Shown here one piece after another: positions 31,616 to 43,520 of a stretch of DNA of 64,000 nt (position 1 is its first letter; each line of letters starts with the position of its first letter). Source of the stretch: Chloroflexota bacterium (GTDB lineage Bacteria; Chloroflexota; Limnocylindria; P2-11E); contig JBBPIP010000013.1 of assembly GCA_038040265.1 (NCBI GenBank), positions 5,546 to 69,545 on the forward strand, in the 5' to 3' direction. The position numbers were made by a program, and so were the translations under genes. The notes under the pieces were generated by a model, which saw nothing but the letters and a program-made list of their open reading frames with translations, was not told the origin of the DNA and did not search any database.

Positions 31616-33600
31616 GCGTTCTTTCGGTCCAGGCCGTCGCCAAGCGTTTTGGCGAGCGGCTCGTCTTCAGCGAGGTCTCCTTCCGCCTCGCGCATGGCGA
31701 CCGTGTCGGTCTCGTCGGGCCGAACGGGGTGGGGAAGACCACGTTGCTGCGCGTCGCCGCCGGCTTCGAATCGGCGGACGCGGGTAATGTCGCCATCGCC
31801 CGCGGCACACGCGTCGGCTTCATGGAGCAGGAGATCCTCTTCGAGACGGCCGGGACCGTCGAAGAGCACGCGCGCGGCGCGGCGGCGCACCTGCGCGAGC
31901 TCGAAGCGGAGATGCACGAGCTCGAGCCCCTTCTTGGGACCGGAGACCAGGAGCTCTTGGAGCGGTATTCCGAAGCGCAGCATCAGTTCGAGCACGCCGG
32001 CGGATATGACTTCGACGCAACTGTGGGCAGAGTGCTCGGCGGGCTCGGCCTCGACGCGCTGCGCGAGCGCGAGGTCGCAACTCTATCCGGCGGCGAGCGG
32101 ACGCGACTCGGTCTAGCGCGGCTCCTTCTCGACGATCCCGACATCCTCCTGCTCGACGAGCCGACCAACCACCTCGACGTCGCCGCGCTCGAGTGGCTGG
32201 AGCGATTCCTCGTCGAGCAGAACGAGACCATCCTCGTAAGTAGCCACGACCGATGGTTCCTCGATCGGGTCACAGGCCGAACGCTTTCGTTCGAGAAGAA
32301 CACGGTCGTCGAATACCGGGGCGGTTACTCGTCGTATGCGCGACAGCGCACCGAGCGCGAGGCCGCGACCGCGAAGGCCGCATCGAAGCAGGCCGAGGAG
32401 ATTGAGCGGACCGAAGAGTTCATTCGGCGCTATGGCGCGGGCCAGCGCTCGAAGGAAGCGCGCGGTCGTGGAAAGAAGCTCGCGCGCCTCGAGCGCATCG
32501 ACGCTCCCGAGCGCGCGCAGCAGCATGGTTGGAAGCTCGAAGCCGCGCACCTTGCCGGGGACACGGTCGTGCAGACGACGCCGCTGGCGGTCGGGTATTC
32601 CGCACCGCTCGTGCGGACCGGGATGCTGCGGGTCTCGCGCGACGCGAGGATCGCCGTCGTCGGCCCGAACGGGGCAGGGAAGACGACGCTGGTGCGAACG
32701 CTCGTCGGTGATCTCACCGCGCTCGAGGGGTATGTGCAATCGGCTCCGACCGCGCGTGTTGCGTTCCTCGCGCAGGCGCAACTGGAGTTGGGTGGCGAGG
32801 AATCGGTACTAGCCGCGATGCGCCTCGCCAGTGGGATGACCGAATCCGAGGCGCGGGACCATCTCGCGCGGTTCCTCTTCAGAGGCGATGACGTCTTCAA
32901 GAGTGTCGGAGTCCTGTCGGGCGGAGAGCGCTCGCGCCTCGCACTGGCGCGGCTCGCCGCCCGTCACGCGAATCTCCTGGTATTGGACGAACCGACGAAC
33001 CATCTCGACCTTCTCGCTCGCGAACAACTGGAAACAGTGCTTGAGAACTTCGAAGGGGCATTGCTCTTCGTCTCACACGACCGCTACTTCATCGACAAAC
33101 TCGCGACTGAAATTTGGCCGATCGAAGCAGGCGTGCTGAAGCGCTTCGAGGGCAACTGGTCGGGCCTCCAACGCCTGCGTGCGGCAGGCACCGAGTTGCC
33201 GATGCCGGAGTTGACTTCCCCCGGCGCCGGGGGTGGCACCGCGGAGAGGGTTGCTAGCGAGCCGCGGGTGCCCAGGACCCGGCCCGCCGCAGAAGCGGCA
33301 AGGGCCGGGAAGGGTGCGGCGAGCGAGCGACCCCGGAGCGGGGACAGGACCCCCGGCGCACAAGGTAGATCGAACGCCAAGGCATCGCCGGTTCGGAGGG
33401 TCAATCCGATGCGGGCGCTCGAGGCCCGGATCGAGGCGATGGAGCTTCAGCTGCGCCAGCTTCAGGAGAAGGTGGGTCAGATCGCGCAGAGCGGGAACTA
33501 TATGGAGACGCGTCGCGTCGGCGAAGAGTACGCGTCCCTCGAACGCGATCTGCGGACGCTGTACGACGAGTGGGCGAAAGAGAGCGAGAAGAGCGAGTGA
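31612..33600 (+). CDS. ABC-F family ATPase (Uup/YheS-like) with C-terminal coiled coil
   Basis: Two ABC cassettes (GPNGVGKT/LSGGE/LLDEPTNHLD; GPNGAGKT/LSGGE/VLDEPTNHLD), no TM; GTG 31612. Confidence 0.95.
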   Translation: MSVLSVQAVAKRFGERLVFSEVSFRLAHGDRVGLVGPNGVGKTTLLRVAAGFESADAGNVAIARGTRVGFMEQEILFETAGTVEEHARGAAAHLRELEAEMHELEPLLGTGDQELLERYSEAQHQFEHAGGYDFDATVGRVLGGLGLDALREREVATLSGGERTRLGLARLLLDDPDILLLDEPTNHLDVAALEWLERFLVEQNETILVSSHDRWFLDRVTGRTLSFEKNTVVEYRGGYSSYARQRTEREAATAKAASKQAEEIERTEEFIRRYGAGQRSKEARGRGKKLARLERIDAPERAQQHGWKLEAAHLAGDTVVQTTPLAVGYSAPLVRTGMLRVSRDARIAVVGPNGAGKTTLVRTLVGDLTALEGYVQSAPTARVAFLAQAQLELGGEESVLAAMRLASGMTESEARDHLARFLFRGDDVFKSVGVLSGGERSRLALARLAARHANLLVLDEPTNHLDLLAREQLETVLENFEGALLFVSHDRYFIDKLATEIWPIEAGVLKRFEGNWSGLQRLRAAGTELPMPELTSPGAGGGTAERVASEPRVPRTRPAAEAARAGKGAASERPRSGDRTPGAQGRSNAKASPVRRVNPMRALEARIEAMELQLRQLQEKVGQIAQSGNYMETRRVGEEYASLERDLRTLYDEWAKESEKSE

Positions 33601-34196
33601 CGGCGTTCGTCGTGGGACTCACCGGGCCGATGGGCGCGGGGAAGTCGACGGTGGCGGCAATGCTCCGAGAGCTCGGCGCCAAGGTGCTCGACGCCGATGC
33701 GATCGTCCACGATGAGCAGCTCCGCGGAACAGTGGGCTACAGCGCGATCGTGCAGACCTTCGGAACCAAAGTTCTGGGCGAAGACAAGGAGATCGACCGC
33801 TCAAAGCTCGCGGCCGAGGTGTTCGGCGATCCGACGAAGCTTCGGCGGCTCGAGCAGATCCTCCACCCGCGCGTGATCGCCCGCGTGCTCCAGGCTCGCT
33901 CGATGCTCCCTGAGGACGCTGTGCTCGTCGTAGAGGCGATCAAGCTTCTCGAGGGCGAGGTGCGCAAGGTGTGCGACCGGATCTGGGTCGTCGTGGCGCC
34001 GCGCGAGACGATGATCGAGCGGCTCGCTTCACGCGGCTTCAGTCGGAGCGAGGCGGAGCTCCGCCTCGCTCAGCAGCTGACGGACGAACAGTTCCGGGCA
34101 GCCGCGGACGCCGTCATCGTGAACGACGGCGACCGCGAGCGGACGCGCGAGCGGGTACGTGAAGCCTGGGCCGCTCTCGCGAGTGCTAGGGCGTGA
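33597..34196 (+). CDS. coaE: Dephospho-CoA kinase
   Basis: VGLTGPMGAGKST, DAD, IDRSKLA..VF, LEQILHP, RLAQQ, ADAVIVND; usual polA-mutM-coaE neighbourhood. Confidence 0.95.
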   Translation: MTAFVVGLTGPMGAGKSTVAAMLRELGAKVLDADAIVHDEQLRGTVGYSAIVQTFGTKVLGEDKEIDRSKLAAEVFGDPTKLRRLEQILHPRVIARVLQARSMLPEDAVLVVEAIKLLEGEVRKVCDRIWVVVAPRETMIERLASRGFSRSEAELRLAQQLTDEQFRAAADAVIVNDGDRERTRERVREAWAALASARA

Positions 34197-34974
34197 TCTT
34201 CTCCGGGACCTGGATCTTGACCTCGGGGTAGACCGTTCGGAACGTCGCGCCGGTCGTCCCGGTCGCGCGATCGTCTTTCGGTCCACGCAGGATGAACTGA
34301 AGCACGCCACCTGACGCCTGCAGGTAGGCGATGCGCTCCGACGTCGCGGCATCGGTGCGGATCGTGTAGATGGCGGCGGTGCGCGCCAGGACCGGCACGC
34401 GCTCGAGGACGATGCGCGCCGAAACGTCAGGACCATTTCGCGTCGGGTTCGGGTTGACCAGGTACTTCACCGGGTCGAACGTGAAGCTGAAGAGGACGTC
34501 GATGATGTCGCCGGGCTGAATGTTGCCGCCGGCGGCGTTCGCGTCAGGGATGGTCAACGACATCGCTCGGTAGTGCGCTGACCCGGCAAGGATGCCGCCG
34601 TCGGTCCCCAGCGCTGCCGCTGGGATCACGACGAAGACCTGGCCGTTCGCGCCGCCGAGCTTGCTCGCCAGGATCGGCTCACCCACAGAGATCGAGGTGA
34701 TGGTGATCCTGCCGATGACGTCCTCGGCCTTCGTCAGGGCGGCCGGGGGGACGACCTCGGTGTTCATCTTCACGAGCTTCAGGTCGGACGTGGTGATCTG
34801 GGTCTTCGGCGGGATCTCTCGAGCCGCCACGATGATGCTCGAGGTCGGGATCGGCGCGGGAGCCTCTGATTTGGCCGTGTTCGCGATGAAGAAGGTCGTC
34901 GCTCCGGCGCCGACGGCGAACAGGAGTCCAACAATCAGCACCAGCCGAGCGCGGCGTCGGGATCGATCTTCCAC
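34186..34974 (-). CDS. cpaB: Flp/Tad pilus assembly protein CpaB/RcpC (SAF domain)
   Basis: N-terminal TM, SAF 'IIVAAREIPP.TQIT..DL', 'RAMSL', 'GGNIQPGD.IDVL'; SD GAGGAAGG. Confidence 0.82.
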   Translation of the reverse strand: MEDRSRRRARLVLIVGLLFAVGAGATTFFIANTAKSEAPAPIPTSSIIVAAREIPPKTQITTSDLKLVKMNTEVVPPAALTKAEDVIGRITITSISVGEPILASKLGGANGQVFVVIPAAALGTDGGILAGSAHYRAMSLTIPDANAAGGNIQPGDIIDVLFSFTFDPVKYLVNPNPTRNGPDVSARIVLERVPVLARTAAIYTIRTDAATSERIAYLQASGGVLQFILRGPKDDRATGTTGATFRTVYPEVKIQVPEKITP

Positions 34975-35109
34975 AATTACCTTCCTCTACGGCCCTTTTA
35001 TGTGAGAACGGGGTCGGCGGCGACTGTAGCAACGGGTTACATCTGCACGGGACTCAAACCGGTGTTGATGCGCGACAATGGGAGCAGCTTCGGGCGGCAA
35101 TTTCGTACC

Positions 35110-35123
35110 AGAACGCCTGTTCT
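35110..35123. promoter_or_regulatory. LexA (SOS) box AGAAC-N4-GTTCT overlapping the uvrB -10 (TAGAAT 35123-35128)
   Basis: Perfect palindrome AGAACGCCTGTTCT; matches the GAAC-N4-GTTC box known for Bacillota and Dehalococcoides LexA. Confidence 0.85.
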
Positions 35124-35136
35124 AGAATGAGGGCAC

Positions 35137-37272
35137 ATGCCCCACGGCGAGACGCTCCAGGTTCCACTCGATAGACCAGCCGCGAAGGCGCCCTTCCGGC
35201 TCGTTTTGCCGTGGGATCTCGCCGGCGACCAGCCCGCGGCGACGGCTGGGTTGCAAAGCGCACTCGCCGCGGGTGAGCGACACGTAACGCTCCGGGGCGT
35301 CACGGGTTCGGGCAAGACCGTGACGATGGCCAAGATCATCGCGGACGCCGGGCGGCCGACTCTCGTGCTCGCGCATAACAAGACGCTCGCGGCACAGCTC
35401 TACGGAGAGTTCAAGGAGTTCTTTCCCGAGAACGCGGTGCAGTACTTCGTCTCGTATTACGACTACTACCAGCCCGAGGCGTACATCGCCCGAAGCGACG
35501 TGTACATCGAGAAGGACAGCTCCCGCAATGAGGAGATCGACCGGATGCGCCACTCGGCGACGCGGTCCCTCTTCGAGCGGCGCGACGTGATCATCGTCGC
35601 CTCCGTCTCGTGCATCTACGGCCTCGGCGCGCCGGTCGACTACGGAGCTGTGACCGTCCGTCTGAACAAGGGCGAGCGCGTGCGGCGCGACACCGTGTTG
35701 CGGCACCTCGTCGACATCCAATACGAGCGCACCAACACCGATCTCATCCGCGGAAAGTTCCGCGTGCGCGGCGACACGCTCGAGATCCAGCCGGCGTACG
35801 AGGAACTCGCCGTTCGCGTGGAGTTCTTCGGGGATGACGTCGAGCGGATCACCGAGCTCGATCCGCTCACCGGCGAGGTGCTCGCGGAGCGCGACAAGGT
35901 CGATATCTACCCGGCCCGCCACTTCGTCACTCCGCGCGAGAAGATGCTGGAGGCGATAAAAGACATCGAGATCGAGCTCGTCGACCGCTTGAAGGAGCTC
36001 GAGGACGCGGGGCGGCTGCTCGAGGCGCAGCGTCTTCGGCAACGCACCAACTTCGATCTCGAGATGCTTCGCGAGACCGGGACGTGCGCCGGCGTCGAGA
36101 ACTATTCCCGTCACCTCGCCCGCCGGCCCGCCGGAAGCCGTCCGTGGACGCTCCTCGATTACTTCCCGCCGGATTTCCTCGCGTTCGTCGACGAGTCCCA
36201 CATCTCCCTCCCGCAGGTGCGAGGGATGTACTTCGGCGACCGCTCCCGGAAGGAAATCCTTGTGGACTACGGCTTCCGGCTGCCGAGCGCGCTCGACAAC
36301 CGCCCGCTGACCTTTGCGGAATTCGAGCAGCGGCTGGACCAGGCCATCTACGTCTCCGCGACCCCCGGGCCGTACGAGCTCGAGCATTCGTCCCATGTCG
36401 TTGAGCAGATCATTCGGCCGACCGGCCTCGTCGACCCGCAGATCGAGGTGCGCAAGACCGAGGGCCAGATCGATGATCTCCTCGCGGAGCTCAACCTGCG
36501 CGTCGAGAGGGGTCAGCGCGCGATCGTCACAACGCTCACCAAGAAGATGGCCGAGGACCTCGCGGACTACCTCCGCGAGATGGGGGTCAAGGTGCAGTAC
36601 CTGCACTCGGAGATCGAGACCTTGCAGCGGGTCGAGATCCTGCGCGACCTGCGCCTTGGCGTGTACGACGTGGTCGTCGGGGTGAACCTCCTGCGGGAGG
36701 GCATCGACCTTCCGGAAGTGACGCTCGTCGCGATCCTCGACGCGGACAAAGAGGGCTACCTACGGTCGGAAGGGTCGCTCATACAGGTGATCGGCCGCGC
36801 GTCCCGCCACGTCGAAGGGCGCGTGATCATGTACGCCGACCGGGTCACCGCGTCGATGAAAGCGGCGATCGACGAGACGGATCGTCGCCGCGAGATCCAG
36901 GTCGCCTACAACACGAAACACGGGATCGACCCGCAGACCATCGTCAAGGCCATCCGCGACATCGGACTCCGTCTGCGGGACGTCGCGGATGTCGAGGGCG
37001 TCAACGAGAAAGCTCGACGACCGCTCGCCGCAGGGTCGATGCCGAAGGACGAGCTCCTGCGTCTCATCAAAGATCTCGAGGGCCAGATGAAGCGGGCCGC
37101 AAAGGATATGGAATTCGAAAAGGCCGCCCTGCTCCGCGACGAGGTCGTCGAGCTGCGCGGTCTCATGGTGCTCGAGCAAGGTCCGGAGAGCCTCGAGGCC
37201 TCCGCGGAGCCGGTCGGGACGACGGCGCACGTGATACGTGCCGGTGGCCGGCGACGCCGGCAAGGGCCCTAG
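35137..37272 (+). CDS. uvrB: Excinuclease ABC subunit B
   Basis: [58 protein letters not shown]-terminal UVR coil. Confidence 0.99.
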   Translation: MPHGETLQVPLDRPAAKAPFRLVLPWDLAGDQPAATAGLQSALAAGERHVTLRGVTGSGKTVTMAKIIADAGRPTLVLAHNKTLAAQLYGEFKEFFPENAVQYFVSYYDYYQPEAYIARSDVYIEKDSSRNEEIDRMRHSATRSLFERRDVIIVASVSCIYGLGAPVDYGAVTVRLNKGERVRRDTVLRHLVDIQYERTNTDLIRGKFRVRGDTLEIQPAYEELAVRVEFFGDDVERITELDPLTGEVLAERDKVDIYPARHFVTPREKMLEAIKDIEIELVDRLKELEDAGRLLEAQRLRQRTNFDLEMLRETGTCAGVENYSRHLARRPAGSRPWTLLDYFPPDFLAFVDESHISLPQVRGMYFGDRSRKEILVDYGFRLPSALDNRPLTFAEFEQRLDQAIYVSATPGPYELEHSSHVVEQIIRPTGLVDPQIEVRKTEGQIDDLLAELNLRVERGQRAIVTTLTKKMAEDLADYLREMGVKVQYLHSEIETLQRVEILRDLRLGVYDVVVGVNLLREGIDLPEVTLVAILDADKEGYLRSEGSLIQVIGRASRHVEGRVIMYADRVTASMKAAIDETDRRREIQVAYNTKHGIDPQTIVKAIRDIGLRLRDVADVEGVNEKARRPLAAGSMPKDELLRLIKDLEGQMKRAAKDMEFEKAALLRDEVVELRGLMVLEQGPESLEASAEPVGTTAHVIRAGGRRRRQGP

Positions 37273-37275
37273 GGC

Positions 37276-37979
37276 ATGCTCGTCGGCGTGTTGACCGCGC
37301 TCGCGGTCCTCGGGGCGATCGGCCTGCTCGTTGTGCTATTCCTCCAGCGCGGCCGCGACGGGATGGACCTCTCGCTGGGCGGCCTCCTTCGCGTGTACCT
37401 CTATCTCGCGTCGCTCGCCGGGGTTGTTGCGTTCACGATCGGCCTTGCGGGGATCATCTCGTACGTGCTCGCCGCGGCCTTCGGTGTCGAGGTCATATAC
37501 GGCGGTCAGCCCGAACGGCCAATCCCCGCGATCGCTCCGGCCTGCCCTCCAAATGCCACGTGTCCGCCATTCGTCACGTCCTCTCCGTTGGTGTTGGTCC
37601 CCGACGACCGCGTCCGGCGTCAGACCGAAGACCTCGTGCGCGGCGTGACGTTCGTCATCTTCGGCGGGGTCTTCTGGGGGGCGCACTGGTGGGCGCGTCG
37701 TGCGCTCGCCGGTCTCGCGGAGCGCGCCAGCGGTCTCCACCGCGCTTATCTGATCCTGGGCACCGCGATTTTCGGTATCGCGACGATCGCCCTGCTTCCG
37801 ATGGGGATCTACCAGGCGCTCTCGTTTGCGCTGGTTCCCGTAAGCCAGTTCAGCTACAGGCCGGGGGCGGGCGAGGCGCTCTCTGGGGGTCTCGCCGCGC
37901 TGCCTCTTTGGCTCGCGTACCTCTGGCTCGTTCAGCGTGCCTTGCGGGCCGCGCCGCCCCAATCACCTCCGGTGGCCTG

Positions 37980-37980
<1 letters not shown>
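37276..37980 (+). CDS. Multi-pass membrane protein (DUF5671-like)
   Basis: Five TM segments; '[11 protein letters not shown]', 'WGAHW', 'RAYLIL' patterns; coupled to uvrB (3-nt gap) and uvrA (TGATG). Confidence 0.7.
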
Positions 37981-40862
<2,882 letters not shown>

Positions 40863-40882
40863 TCGTACCATCGCGCGCAGCC

Positions 40883-41863
40883 GTGACGAGCCTGCCGTTC
40901 AGCGTGGTCGACGTGGCTGTGCTCGCGCTCGTTGGTTTTGCGGCCTGGCGCGGGTACCGCGCGGGGTTCGTCGCGACGACGTACAGCCTTGCATCGTTGA
41001 TCCTCGCGGTCGCGGCAGCGCTTGCGTTCGCTGGGCCGGCGACGAACCTCACGCAGGCGATCGTTGGGTTGCCACAACCCCTCGCCGCGACGGTCGGATT
41101 CGTCGTGACGATTGTCGTGATCGAGGCACTCTTCTCGGTCGCCGGCTACATCGCGATTCGGCCGATCGTGGCGGTCGTGCGGCGCGGCCCACTCGGCGCC
41201 ATCGACCGGATCCTCGGGACGGTTCCCGCCACGCTCCGCTCCCTCTTGATCGTTGCGCTCGCCATCCTCGCGATCGAGGCGCTTCCCGTCGCGAGCGATA
41301 TGAAGGCGGCGGTCGAAACGAGTCGCACCGGCCGTTTCGTGACCGCGAAGATCGCCGCCTTTCAGCCACAGATCGAAGGATTCACCGGGCAGCTCGGCGG
41401 GTCACCGCTCCTCGTCACGAGGATCGGCGAGGACCAGACCGAGCAGCTTGATCTACCCGACGGAATCGACCTTGTCCCGGATGCCGTGGCCGAGCGACAG
41501 CTGTTCGATCTCGTCAATGAGGAGCGCGTGCAGCGCGGCCTCGGCGCTCTCGTGTGGGACGAGCGCCTCGTCCCGGTCGCGCGGTCTCACTCGGAAGAGA
41601 TGTTCCGGCTGAAGTACTTCAGCCACGAATCTCCCGTGACTGGCTCGCCATTCGACAGATTGAAGTCGGCGCAGATCAGCTACTCGAGGGCGGGTGAGAA
41701 CCTGGCGTACGCGCAATCCGTGTCCGTCGCCCATTGGGCTCTGATGCAGTCACCAGGTCACCGCGAAAACATCCTCCGACCGGAATTCACCCGAATCGGA
41801 ATCGGCGTGATCAACGCCGGCGCCTACGGCCGCATGGCCACGCAACTTTTCACGACCCCGTGA
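40883..41863 (+). CDS. CvpA-family membrane domain fused to a CAP/SCP domain
   Basis: VDVAVLALVGFAAWRGYRAGF and 'IDRILG' (CvpA); LVNEERVQRGL, ARSHSEEM, GENLA, LMQSPGHRENIL, IGIGV (CAP). Confidence 0.88.
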   Translation: MTSLPFSVVDVAVLALVGFAAWRGYRAGFVATTYSLASLILAVAAALAFAGPATNLTQAIVGLPQPLAATVGFVVTIVVIEALFSVAGYIAIRPIVAVVRRGPLGAIDRILGTVPATLRSLLIVALAILAIEALPVASDMKAAVETSRTGRFVTAKIAAFQPQIEGFTGQLGGSPLLVTRIGEDQTEQLDLPDGIDLVPDAVAERQLFDLVNEERVQRGLGALVWDERLVPVARSHSEEMFRLKYFSHESPVTGSPFDRLKSAQISYSRAGENLAYAQSVSVAHWALMQSPGHRENILRPEFTRIGIGVINAGAYGRMATQLFTTP

Positions 41864-41902
41864 GATAACGCCGCGGCGCAGCGTTCCCGTAGGCTCTCGC
41901 AG

Positions 41903-43177
41903 GTGACTGAGAGAAAAGTTGATGCACTAGAGGTCGACCCGGACGCCGGCGTTGTCGCGCCGAGATCCGTTCGATTCGAGGCTCTGGGCGTGCCGACGTT
42001 CCGCTGGTACTGGATCACCAGCTGGATCAGCTCGACGGGCGACGGCATGGAGAACGTGATCCGCAACGTGCTCGTGCTGCAACTGGCCGGGGCGACGGCG
42101 CCGTTCTGGCTCGGGATGATGGTCTTCGCGCACTGGGTGCCGTTCACCTTCTTCTCGCTGTACGGCGGCGTGCTCGCCGACCGCTACGACAACCGAAAGG
42201 TCCAGATCGTCGCGCAGCTCCTGCTGATGACGGCCGCGGTCGCGATCGCCATCGTCACCATCGCCGGCGTCGTCACGACGTGGTGGCTGTTCGGCCTGCT
42301 CCTCTTGCACGGATTCGCCGGCGCGATCGGTGGCCCCGCCCAGCAGACGCTCATTCACTCGATGGTCGGGCCGTCCAAGCTCCTCTCCGCGGTCAGTCTC
42401 AACTCGACCGCGCGGCAGTTCTCTTCGGTGATCGGCCCCGCCGTCGCCGGATTCGTCGTCCTCGCGTTCGGGCCGGGTTGGGGATTCCTGGTGAACGCGC
42501 TCACGTTTGTCCCACTCCTCGTGTTCCTCGCGCTCGTCCGAGTGAAGGCGCTAGGCGCGCGATCGACGACCCCGATCGGCGCCGCGCTCCGCGACGGCCT
42601 GCGCTTCGTCCGCGGGCGCCCGTTTATCGCGGCGCTCATCGGGGTCGAGATGCTCGGCGTCATCTTCCTCGGCCACACGTTCAGCTCGTTCCTCGTGCTC
42701 TTCGCGCACGACGTGCTGCACGTCGGCGTCCTCGGGTACTCGTTCCTGCTCGTCGGGAGCGGCATCGGCGCGGTTGTGGCTGCTTTCTATCTCGCGTATG
42801 CGCGTGACCGCCGTCACAGCGGGCGGTTCATCGTCGCCGCCGCGATGGCGGAGATGGTCGCGATCCTCATGTTCGCCTTCTCGACGAACTACGCGCTGTC
42901 CTTCCTGCTGCTCATCGTCGTCGGCGGGGCGGCCGTTCTGACGCAGTCGCTCACGAACACGAAGATCCAGCTCTCGGCGCCGGACAACATCCGCGGGCGC
43001 GTCATGGGCGCGTACACCTTCGGCACGCAGGGGATGCGCGTACTGAACGGGCCGCTCCTCGGGGGCGCGGCGATCCTTTTCGGGGCGCCCATCGCCGTGG
43101 CCGGCGCCGCGGCGGTCGTGTTCGCTGGCCTGGCGGCGATCGTCGCGCGCGTGCCGCAGCTGCGTCAGGACCGGTAG
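41903..43177 (+). CDS. MFS transporter (DHA3/MFS_3-like)
   Basis: About 12 TM; GGVLADRYDNRK motif A; C-terminal 'RGRVMG'. Confidence 0.92.
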   Translation: MTERKVDALEVDPDAGVVAPRSVRFEALGVPTFRWYWITSWISSTGDGMENVIRNVLVLQLAGATAPFWLGMMVFAHWVPFTFFSLYGGVLADRYDNRKVQIVAQLLLMTAAVAIAIVTIAGVVTTWWLFGLLLLHGFAGAIGGPAQQTLIHSMVGPSKLLSAVSLNSTARQFSSVIGPAVAGFVVLAFGPGWGFLVNALTFVPLLVFLALVRVKALGARSTTPIGAALRDGLRFVRGRPFIAALIGVEMLGVIFLGHTFSSFLVLFAHDVLHVGVLGYSFLLVGSGIGAVVAAFYLAYARDRRHSGRFIVAAAMAEMVAILMFAFSTNYALSFLLLIVVGGAAVLTQSLTNTKIQLSAPDNIRGRVMGAYTFGTQGMRVLNGPLLGGAAILFGAPIAVAGAAAVVFAGLAAIVARVPQLRQDR

Positions 43178-43187
43178 ACTCGGAGCG

Positions 43188-43520
43188 ATGGCCATGGACG
43201 GAAGCGCCACGACGATCGAATTCACGCCAGAGGCGGCGACGAAGCTCCAGGAGCTCCGCGCGGACGACCCCAAGCGCGCGTATCTACGCCTCTACGTGTC
43301 CGGTCGCTCGTGCTGCTCCTTTATGTACGGGCTCGCGTTCGACGAGAACGCTGACGAGACTGACGCGATCACGCAGGCGGCAGGACTCAAAGTCGCGATC
43401 GACGCGCAGAGTCTCCCGTACTGCGACGGCGCGAAGGTGGAGTGGGTTGACGGCCCCGAGGGCACCGGCTTCCTCGTGCGCAATCCCAGCGTGGGCGGCA
43501 GCTGCGGCTGCTCGGGCTAG
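43188..43520 (+). CDS. HesB/IscA-family A-type Fe-S carrier
   Basis: LRLYVSGRSCCSFMYGLAFD, 'VAID..S', GFLVRNP, C-terminal SCGC. Confidence 0.88.
   Translation: MAMDGSATTIEFTPEAATKLQELRADDPKRAYLRLYVSGRSCCSFMYGLAFDENADETDAITQAAGLKVAIDAQSLPYCDGAKVEWVDGPEGTGFLVRNPSVGGSCGCSG

Noticed and set aside
34975-35109. Possible riboswitch (e.g. c-di-GMP) in the 160-bp cpaB/uvrB intergenic region
   Set aside because: No recognisable aptamer motifs or terminator by eye; an Rfam/Infernal scan would be needed.
43188-43520. HesB-like protein as a second selenoprotein
   Set aside because: All Cys positions are TGC, and there is no in-frame TGA.
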